Source of the DNA: Candidatus Woesearchaeota archaeon
Lineage (GTDB): Archaea > Nanobdellota > Nanobdellia > SCGC-AAA011-G17 > PNOQ01
DNA length: 15,861 nt
Assembly: GCA_964344655.1 (NCBI GenBank)
Contig: CAYFOF010000004.1
Span: 1,444 to 17,304, forward strand
Direction: 5' to 3'
Shown: positions 6,967 through 13,386 of the stretch, piece after piece
How positions within the stretch are numbered: the stretch's first letter is position 1
Layout of the letters: each line of letters opens with the position of its first letter
The notes under the pieces: model-generated
Seen by the model: only the letters and a program-made list of their open reading frames with translations
The model's database searches: none
Told to the model about the DNA's origin: nothing
Program-made: the position numbers and the translations under genes

Positions 6967-8670
6967 ATGAAAAAAGACTTAGAGGCGTTAAGACACTCAG
7001 CATCACACTTATTAGCTCAGGCTGTTCTTGAATTATTCCCAAAAACTAAGCTAGGAATTGGACCAGCCATAGAAAATGGATTCTATTATGATTTTGAAAT
7101 AAAAGGAGAGTTCTCAGAAAAAGATTTAGAAAAAATAGAACAAAAAATGAAAGAACTTTCTAAACAAGATTTGAAAATAATTGCAGAACCAAAAACAAAC
7201 GCTGAAGCAAAAAAAATCCTTAAAGACCAGCCATACAAATTAGAGCTATTAAAAGAGCTAAAAGCAAAACCAACCTTTTTCACGCAAGGAAATTTCACAG
7301 ACCTATGTGCTGGCCCTCACGTAAAATCAACTAAAGAAATAAAGTATTTCAAATTATTAAAAACGGCAGGGGCATACTGGAAAGGAAATTCAAAAAACAA
7401 AATGCTTCAAAGAATTTATGGCACAGTATTTTATGAAAAAAAAGAATTAAAAGAATATTTACACATGTTAGAAGAAGCTAAAAAAAGAGATCACAAAAAA
7501 CTTGGTGAACAACTAGAATTATTTTCATTCCATGAAGAAGGCCCAGGATTTCCATTCTTCCATCCAAAAGGAATGATACTATACAATCAATTAGTAGATT
7601 TCTGGAAAGAAATCCATAAAAAACACGATTATCAAGAAATCAAAACTCCAATAATCCTAAACAAAGAATTATGGTTAAAATCTGGACATTGGGATAACTA
7701 CAAAGAAAATATGTACTTCACAAAAATCGATAATAAAGATTATTCCGTAAAGCCAATGAATTGCCCTGGTGGAATTTTAGTTTATAAAAATAAATTACAC
7801 AGTTACAAAGAATTCCCATTAAAATTAGCAGAACTTGGCCTAGTACACAGACATGAATTATCTGGAGTATTAAATGGATTATTCAGAGTAAGAAATTTCA
7901 CTCAAGATGATGCACATATTTATTGTACTGAAGAACAACTAGAAGAAGAAATAAAAAACGTAATAAATTTATCCGATGAAATATACAAAACATTTGGATT
8001 AAGTTATGAATTAGAACTCTCAACAAAACCAGAAAAATCAATTGGGTCTCAAACAATGTGGGACAATGCAGAAAACTCACTAAAAAAAGCTCTTGAAAGT
8101 TTAAAACTTGATTATCAATTAAATCCTGGAGATGGTGCTTTTTACGGCCCAAAAATTGATTTCCACATAAAAGATTCTTTAGGTAGATCTTGGCAATGCG
8201 GAACAATACAAGTTGATTTCTCTATGCCAGAAAAATTTGATTTAGAATATGATGGCAAAGACAATCAAAAACATAAACCAGTAATGGTCCATCGTGCAAT
8301 ACTTGGAAGTCTAGAAAGATTTTTAGGAATATTAATAGAACACTACGCTGGAAAATTCCCATTATGGTTAGCTCCAACCCAAGTAAAAATAATGAATGTA
8401 AATGATAATGCATTAAAATACTCTAAAAAAATAAAGGAAGATTTGGAAAAACACAACATAAGAGTAGAACTAGACGAAAGAAATGAATCAATTTCTAAAA
8501 AAGTTAGAGATGCTCAAACCCAAAAAATAAATTACATGATAACAATTGGAGACAAAGAAGTTAAATCTAAAAAATTAGCAATTAGAACAAGAGATGGAAA
8601 AGTTTCTTTCGGTATTTCTCCAACCAAATTTATTAAAGATCTTCAAAAAGAAATAGAATTAAAAAAATGA
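6967..8670 (+). CDS. thrS: Threonyl-tRNA synthetase, bacterial/eukaryal-type with N2 editing domain but no TGS domain
   Basis: Aligns by eye with E. coli ThrRS from about residue 66 onward. Editing motifs are RHSASHLL (HxxxH) and DLCAGPHV (CxxxH). Class II core: KRDHKKLG and MNCPGG, DDAHIY, MVHRAILGS (the three Zn ligands C/H/H). The anticodon-binding domain is at the C-terminus. Confidence 0.95.
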   Translation: MKKDLEALRHSASHLLAQAVLELFPKTKLGIGPAIENGFYYDFEIKGEFSEKDLEKIEQKMKELSKQDLKIIAEPKTNAEAKKILKDQPYKLELLKELKAKPTFFTQGNFTDLCAGPHVKSTKEIKYFKLLKTAGAYWKGNSKNKMLQRIYGTVFYEKKELKEYLHMLEEAKKRDHKKLGEQLELFSFHEEGPGFPFFHPKGMILYNQLVDFWKEIHKKHDYQEIKTPIILNKELWLKSGHWDNYKENMYFTKIDNKDYSVKPMNCPGGILVYKNKLHSYKEFPLKLAELGLVHRHELSGVLNGLFRVRNFTQDDAHIYCTEEQLEEEIKNVINLSDEIYKTFGLSYELELSTKPEKSIGSQTMWDNAENSLKKALESLKLDYQLNPGDGAFYGPKIDFHIKDSLGRSWQCGTIQVDFSMPEKFDLEYDGKDNQKHKPVMVHRAILGSLERFLGILIEHYAGKFPLWLAPTQVKIMNVNDNALKYSKKIKEDLEKHNIRVELDERNESISKKVRDAQTQKINYMITIGDKEVKSKKLAIRTRDGKVSFGISPTKFIKDLQKEIELKK

Positions 8671-8903
8671 AAAGAGACGAATTTCTTGGATGGTATGGAA
8701 CTGCAGCCATATTAATAGCATATGCATTGATAAATTTTAATATAATTTCTTTAGAAGGATACCTATACCAACTACTGAACACCACGGGAGCGTTAGGAAT
8801 TGCCTATATTTCATTCAAAAAAAGAGCATATCAACCAGGAGTTTTAAATGTTATTTGGGCAGCAATAGCTTTAATTGCAATAATGAGTTTACTAACAAAA
8901 TGA
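8667..8903 (+). CDS. Small membrane protein (about 3 predicted TM segments), family uncertain
   Basis: 78 aa with hydrophobic segments (WYGTAAILIAYALINF, LLNTTGALGIAYISF, VLNVIWAAIALIAIMSLL). The ATG overlaps the thrS stop as ATGA (8667-8670). Its size and topology resemble SemiSWEET/PQ-loop-like or other mini membrane proteins, but I cannot assign a family. Confidence 0.6.
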   Translation: MKRDEFLGWYGTAAILIAYALINFNIISLEGYLYQLLNTTGALGIAYISFKKRAYQPGVLNVIWAAIALIAIMSLLTK

Positions 8904-9370
8904 TTGAAGAAATAAAAAAATTTTTACAGGAACTAGAAGAATCTAAAGTGTTTCAAGATTTCAAAAAAACAAATCCACTAGCATACAATTCTAGTATAAG
9001 TAAAATACAAAATCAATTACAAATAGATTATTACGATCCAAACAAAGATAAAATAACATCTTTCACAAAACAAGGAGAAGAAATAATTCTACAAGAATCT
9101 GAAGTATTTAGAAAAGAAAAAATAAAAATCCCTGAATTACAAATAAACAAAGTAAAGATAACACTAGAAGAAATCGAAAAAATAATTTCAGAAAAATATC
9201 AAGAAATTCCAACAAAAAAAATATTCATTCTACAACAAACTGAATTTCCAATTTGGAATATAACGTATTTAACTCAATCTCTAAATATATTGAACATAAA
9301 AATAAACGCAATTTCGGGAGAAATAATCGAAGAAAAAATAGAATCAGCACTTAATTTTCAAAAGAAATAA
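8900..9370 (+). CDS. Hypothetical protein (156 aa, Lys/Glu/Ile-rich, no signal peptide)
   Basis: The track ORF starts at a TTG (8855) inside the previous gene. The ATG at 8900 (MIEEIKKF...) forms an ATGA overlap with the upstream stop (8901-8903) and is the more plausible start. No motif recognised. Confidence 0.55.
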   Translation: MIEEIKKFLQELEESKVFQDFKKTNPLAYNSSISKIQNQLQIDYYDPNKDKITSFTKQGEEIILQESEVFRKEKIKIPELQINKVKITLEEIEKIISEKYQEIPTKKIFILQQTEFPIWNITYLTQSLNILNIKINAISGEIIEEKIESALNFQKK

Positions 9371-9560
9371 TTTTCATTTTACTCTTAAATCCAGAAATAA
9401 TCCTAACTTTCTTACCAAAATGCTTAGATAAGAATTTCTCAATTTCTAAATTAGCTTTTCCATCTACAGGTTTAGCTTTAATTTCAACACGATAACAAGA
9501 GCGAGAATTATCAAAACTAATTTTATTTTCTGAGCAATTAGTTTTTACAATAATTTTCAT
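9351..9560 (-). CDS. DUF167 / YggU (UPF0235) family protein
   Basis: Family core VEIKAKPVDGKANLEIEKFLSKHFGKKVRIISGFKSKMKII matches the YggU pattern (a.PvDGkAN..l.kFL.k.f....v.i..G..s..K.i). Its ATG overlaps the dph5 stop as ATGA (9557-9560). Confidence 0.8.
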   Translation of the reverse strand: MKIIVKTNCSENKISFDNSRSCYRVEIKAKPVDGKANLEIEKFLSKHFGKKVRIISGFKSKMKIISFEN

Positions 9561-10279
9561 TTATATCTCTCTAAAAATTCTTCTTCCAAGAAATGCATCT
9601 TTCCAGGAATAATCAAACATTGGGGAAACTTGCTCAAAGAAATATCTTTCAGTTTAGAAACTTTAATTTCTTGATCTTTTCCACCCATTCTAGCACATCC
9701 AACACAAACTAAGTCTCCAGAAACACCATTATCAATTAAATATTTTGCAGCTTCAGAAGATTCTAAAAACTTATTCTCAGATGGATTCAAATCCAATAAA
9801 AACAAAGTATGATATCCTTTTTCATAGTTATCATTAAAAACTTCAACAGGAGCTTTAACATTCGAATAATCAAACGGAATAGAAGTTACTTTACCAAATT
9901 GATATAAAAACAATCCAGTCTCTGCAACAACATTCAATATTGAAGTATTATGAACAATCTCAACAGAAATTCCCTTTTCCTTAGCATCCATCAACATTCC
10001 AGTGTGTGTTGTAGCAGAAAAAACATCTCCAATAACTAAAAAAGCAACATTTTGAGAAGAAGCATCTTCTAAAATTTTATCAACTCCGTTTTCCACCATA
10101 TTCCTATCAGCTAAAATCACTTTTTTACCATAAAATTCTTCTAATTTAGAAACTTCAACATTCAAGGTAGATGTATAACTCTCTAAATAAACGACATCTG
10201 CAGATTTAATTAACTCTAAACCTTTTACAGATACATCTTTCTCATCATTTAATCCAATTCCAATCATAAATAATGCCAT
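9557..10279 (-). CDS. dph5: Diphthine synthase (diphthamide biosynthesis methyltransferase)
   Basis: The N-terminus MALFMIGIGLNDEKDVSVKGLELIKSADVVYLESYTS is the classic Dph5 signature. The tetrapyrrole-methylase-fold motifs VAFLVIGDVFSATTH and HTLFLLD are also present. Confidence 0.93.
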   Translation of the reverse strand: MALFMIGIGLNDEKDVSVKGLELIKSADVVYLESYTSTLNVEVSKLEEFYGKKVILADRNMVENGVDKILEDASSQNVAFLVIGDVFSATTHTGMLMDAKEKGISVEIVHNTSILNVVAETGLFLYQFGKVTSIPFDYSNVKAPVEVFNDNYEKGYHTLFLLDLNPSENKFLESSEAAKYLIDNGVSGDLVCVGCARMGGKDQEIKVSKLKDISLSKFPQCLIIPGKMHFLEEEFLERYK

Positions 10280-10303
10280 AAAAATGACTAAAAAATGCTA
10301 TTC

Positions 10304-10540
10304 TTAAAGGTTTTGGTGTATATAACTTAACGCAGAATTGTACTCTCTTCTTATTTCTCTATACTTTCTATCTTGCAGTTTATATCTTTCTATAATTCTT
10401 CTATAAACTCCAAAATCAGTTCTTAAGAATAATCTAATTTCTCTTAACCTAGCTTTATCTGAACAACCTTTAACATCTTTAAATAAATCCTCTAAAGATC
10501 TTTCTAATCTTCCTGCCCTTCGAATTTCATTTAAATCCAT
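10304..10540 (-). CDS. Hypothetical small Arg-rich helical protein (possible nucleic-acid binder)
   Basis: 78 aa with 15 Arg against 5 Lys, in a proteome that otherwise strongly prefers Lys. A TATA-like box at 10561-10568 lies about 25 nt upstream of the ATG. No family recognised. Confidence 0.5.
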   Translation of the reverse strand: MDLNEIRRAGRLERSLEDLFKDVKGCSDKARLREIRLFLRTDFGVYRRIIERYKLQDRKYREIRREYNSALSYIHQNL

Positions 10541-10560
10541 AAAAAAGAGACAAAAAAGAG

Positions 10561-10568
10561 ATTTATAA
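10561..10568 (-). promoter_or_regulatory. TATA-like box (minus strand TTATAAAT) for the Arg-rich 78-aa gene; overlaps the stop codon of the upstream membrane protein gene
   Basis: Centred about 25 nt upstream of the ATG at 10540, with a 22-nt spacer. Confidence 0.4.
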
Positions 10569-11042
10569 CACTTTCCTCAAAAAGAAACTAAACAAAGCCC
10601 CAGCAATAAAATAATTAATACCAACAATATCAACCAACAATACCAAAGCAGACAATACAAAGAACACAAAACTGTACAATAAATAATTTTTCAATTTCTT
10701 TCTAGAATACAACAAAGTTCCATAAGGCAATCCTAATAAAAACACAAAAAATGCCATATACAAACTTGCACTAGAAAATACTGCTAGCCCTAAATAAAAA
10801 TACAAATTACTAAAAAATAACGTAACTATAAAACCCAACACAAAAAATAATGCATACCAATCTAAAGTTACAAAATATAATAGATAAACAATCAACAAAA
10901 ATAACATCATTTTATAAAAAGTTATAAAATATTTCCTTCCTGGTTTCAATTCTTCTTTAGTATATTTGGCTAAAAATAACCCTATAAAAATTCCACCAAA
11001 GGCCAATACATACTCTAAAACCATAACTAAAAATAGAATCAA
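10563..11042 (-). CDS. Hypothetical polytopic membrane protein (about 5 TM)
   Basis: Almost entirely hydrophobic segments rich in F/L/Y/V, separated by short basic loops. The track start at 11042 is a TTG and an in-frame ATG lies at 11024. TATA-like elements exist about 25-29 nt upstream of both, so the start is ambiguous. Confidence 0.6.
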   Translation of the reverse strand: MILFLVMVLEYVLAFGGIFIGLFLAKYTKEELKPGRKYFITFYKMMLFLLIVYLLYFVTLDWYALFFVLGFIVTLFFSNLYFYLGLAVFSSASLYMAFFVFLLGLPYGTLLYSRKKLKNYLLYSFVFFVLSALVLLVDIVGINYFIAGALFSFFLRKVL

Positions 11043-11070
11043 TTATTTAAAAAACTATCAGTTTTTCTAA

Positions 11071-12111
11071 TTAAAGAGTAATATGTCTATCCAAATCATA
11101 TCCCCTATTAGATAATATTCCTAAAAATATTTTTTCTGCAATTCTTTTAGTCACAAGCGATTTATCAAATAAAAATCCAGAATCATATCTTTTTTTAAAT
11201 TCTTCAAATTCTGCATCCCACAATTTATCTTTAAAGGCAGATGGAGCCTGACCACGAGTCATCATCTCCATAATAATATGATTATCACAACTATCTACAT
11301 AAGTTTGAACAGTTTCAACAACTCTTTCAGTCAAAGTAATTCCTGCAGAACCATTAATCATCCGATGGGCATTTTGAAGTAATTCTAAATCTTTTCTTTT
11401 ACCTATATCTTGAAATAATAATGTTCCAAAAACTCCTGCAGCCAATGACAATCCTGCTAAAGAAGTTATAGCAGTTCTTTGATGTCTCCCAACAAAGTTT
11501 TTAACAGTTCTTAAAAGAACATTAGGTTTTTTTCCTTCTTCAGTAAAATTAATTTCATCATTGTTTGAAATTGTATCTAAACAATCTCTAACTAGTCCAA
11601 AATATCTTTCAAAATTAGTGTCAAGCCAATCTTGTATCTTAACATCACCAACATATAAACTTCCTTCTTGAGTAGTATCAAGAATACTATTTGCTTTTCC
11701 ATGACCATACATATTTCTAGCAATCATCAACGGAGAATCTCTACTATAATCATGAATTTCTAAAAATAATTCTGCAAGACTCTTCCCATTTTCCAATCTA
11801 GGAGAATTTTCTAAATTTCTTTCTAAATTTTGTAATTTAACTGGATAGGAACCGTACAGAGTTTGCATTAAAAAATTAAGATTATCAGCAAGATTTTTAG
11901 CAGTTAAAGCAAATTGTCCAACACTCCTATTTTTTGCATTTACACTTCCCCAATTAGCAGTTCTTTTAGCAGCCCTATAATTACCATATAAAGCACTTAA
12001 CTCCCCTTTAATACCTTCTAAATAATCCATTATACTGTATCTATCTCTAGCTCTAACACCTAAATCTTCTACTAAAATTTCAGTTTCCGCCAATTTTTTT
12101 TCTAAGGTCAT
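11071..12111 (-). CDS. Hypothetical protein (346 aa) with helical N-terminus and one central hydrophobic segment
   Basis: Long clean ORF with an ATG start. The central segment is AITSLAGLSLAAGVFGTLLF. I see no signal peptide and no recognisable catalytic motif. Confidence 0.6.
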   Translation of the reverse strand: MTLEKKLAETEILVEDLGVRARDRYSIMDYLEGIKGELSALYGNYRAAKRTANWGSVNAKNRSVGQFALTAKNLADNLNFLMQTLYGSYPVKLQNLERNLENSPRLENGKSLAELFLEIHDYSRDSPLMIARNMYGHGKANSILDTTQEGSLYVGDVKIQDWLDTNFERYFGLVRDCLDTISNNDEINFTEEGKKPNVLLRTVKNFVGRHQRTAITSLAGLSLAAGVFGTLLFQDIGKRKDLELLQNAHRMINGSAGITLTERVVETVQTYVDSCDNHIIMEMMTRGQAPSAFKDKLWDAEFEEFKKRYDSGFLFDKSLVTKRIAEKIFLGILSNRGYDLDRHITL

Positions 12112-12193
12112 TTTTATAATAAAAATGTAGAAAATTTAGTTTATAAGCTTTTCTATTATAACTACTTTAAAGGAATAACAATATTTACAAAAC

Positions 12194-12203
12194 CTTTTTA
12201 ATA
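12194..12203 (+). promoter_or_regulatory. TATA-like box (CTTTTTAATA) for the topoisomerase IB gene
   Basis: Centred about 26 nt upstream of the ATG at 12225. It is preceded by AAC, as at 4532-4534. Confidence 0.45.
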
Positions 12204-12224
12204 AAATAAATCAAAAATAAATTA

Positions 12225-13247
12225 ATGAAAACATATAGAATCAAAACAAAAGATCTACAGGTTTACGAAAAAACAAATTCTAAATGGAAAAAATCAAAAA
12301 AACAATTTCCTAATGCAATAAAAGTTATTCAATTATTTAAAGATCATAATAATTTTGAAATATTAATTGACAAAAAAGATTCAACCTTCTTAAAAGGACA
12401 ATTTTCTGGAAAACCATTGGGAGCAAGAATAAGCGTTCTCCCTAATAATAAAAAAATAGACAAAGCATTCTCATTATTTGCAGAAGATCTAACAATACAC
12501 GATGAAACTTCAAACACTCATTGGGATGTTATATACAAAAATCCTTCCGAAACATACTCTTACGTTTACACTCTAGAAAAAAAGCAAAAAGCAAAAGCAA
12601 AAAAATATGAAATAGAAAAAGAATTTGAAAAACACTATCCAAAACTAAAAACGAATATTTCTAAATCATTAACAAAAGACGATATTGCTCTCCCAATGTA
12701 TACTTTACTAAAAACATACATGAGGGTTGGAAGTGAAATATACTATAAAACCCACAAACACAAAGGCCTTTCAACACTAAAGAAAAAAGATATTACAATA
12801 AACAAAAATAAAGTAACTTTCAAATACAAAGCAAAAGATGGTGTACCACTAGAATTATCTTCAGAATTTCCAAAAGAATATGTAAAACAACTAAAACAAA
12901 GAATGAAAACAAAAAAAGATCATGATTTTATTTTCATAAACCCAAATACAAATCATCCTTATTCAGATATGCATTTCAAAAAAGCTTTTAAACAATATTG
13001 TGGAAAAGAATTCTATCCCCATATTGTACGATCATACTATGCAACTAAAACAACTAGAGATTTCTTACAAAAAAATAAATCTCCAACAAAACAAGAAGTT
13101 GATGAATTATTCACAAACATAGCAGAAAAATTAGGCCACAGAAAATATGTAAAAAAAGAACATACCTGGAAAAACAACCCAAATATGACAATGAATTTCT
13201 ACATAAATCCAAAATTAGTTGAAGAAATTAAAGAAAAAATAAAATGA
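12225..13247 (+). CDS. DNA topoisomerase IB (short, poxvirus/bacterial-size form)
   Basis: Topo IB motifs occur in order. HWDVIYKNPSETYSYVYTLEKK...KKYEIEKEFEKHYPKLK matches W.dV......Y.Y....K(Y/F)....F...LP. MRVGSEIYYKTHKHKGLSTLKKKDI matches xRVGNExY...GLTTLR and supplies the catalytic Arg. FKYKAKDGV matches F.F.GKxG (Lys). HIVRSYYATK matches FRTYNAS (Arg). LGHRK supplies the His. TMNFYINPKLV matches SKxNYIDP and supplies the catalytic Tyr. Confidence 0.8.
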   Translation: MKTYRIKTKDLQVYEKTNSKWKKSKKQFPNAIKVIQLFKDHNNFEILIDKKDSTFLKGQFSGKPLGARISVLPNNKKIDKAFSLFAEDLTIHDETSNTHWDVIYKNPSETYSYVYTLEKKQKAKAKKYEIEKEFEKHYPKLKTNISKSLTKDDIALPMYTLLKTYMRVGSEIYYKTHKHKGLSTLKKKDITINKNKVTFKYKAKDGVPLELSSEFPKEYVKQLKQRMKTKKDHDFIFINPNTNHPYSDMHFKKAFKQYCGKEFYPHIVRSYYATKTTRDFLQKNKSPTKQEVDELFTNIAEKLGHRKYVKKEHTWKNNPNMTMNFYINPKLVEEIKEKIK

Positions 13248-13248
13248 A

Positions 13249-13364
13249 CGCCGAGACTGGGATTTGAACCCAGGAGTCCATAAGGACCCGGATTAGCAAT
13301 TTCACCCCAATAAACATTTCTGTTATATCAGTCCGGTGCAATAACCAGGCTATGCGATCTCGGC
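13249..13364 (-). tRNA. tRNA-Ser (anticodon GCU after splicing), class II, 116-nt precursor with a 32-nt non-canonical intron, no encoded CCA
   Basis: Minus strand: GCCGAGA TC GCAT AGCCTGGTTA TTGC A CCGG[ACTGATATAACAGAAATGTTTATTGGGGTGAA]A TTGCTAA TCCGG GTCCTTATGGACTC CTGGG TTCAAAT CCCAG TCTCGGC G. It has a 7-bp acceptor stem, discriminator G73, a 3-bp D stem with a 13:22 mismatch, and a 14-nt variable arm (GTCC/GGAC stem). These are Ser-type class II features. The mature length is 84 nt. Confidence 0.8.
13301..13332 (-). other. Archaeal BHB-type tRNA intron (32 nt) at non-canonical position 30/31 of tRNA-Ser
   Basis: The central 4-bp helix pairs CACC (13335-13338) with GGTG (13303-13306), all Watson-Crick. 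It is flanked by 3-nt bulges GGA (13332-13334) and AAA (13300-13302). The inner hairpin (13307-13331) has 10 pairs (two G:U) with one bulged U and is capped by a GAAA tetraloop (13317-13320). The boundary is ambiguous by 1 nt because an A occurs at both junctions. Confidence 0.6.
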
Positions 13365-13386
13365 GTAAAATAAACTAACCTAGCAG

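Noticed and set aside
7086-8413. Track ORFs 7086-7298, 7898-8206 and 8222-8413 (minus)
   Set aside because: They are antisense shadows inside thrS, whose identity is unambiguous.
8855-8899. TTG start at 8855 for the 8855-9370 ORF
   Set aside because: It would overlap the preceding membrane-protein gene by 49 nt. The ATG at 8900 gives the ATGA coupling pattern seen elsewhere in the window.
13249-13364. Reading the intron-containing tRNA as tRNA-Ile(GAU) with a canonical 37/38 intron
   Set aside because: The long variable arm and G73 are class II Ser features. The canonical reading lacks a proper 4-bp central helix, whereas the 30/31 reading gives four Watson-Crick pairs flanked by two 3-nt bulges.
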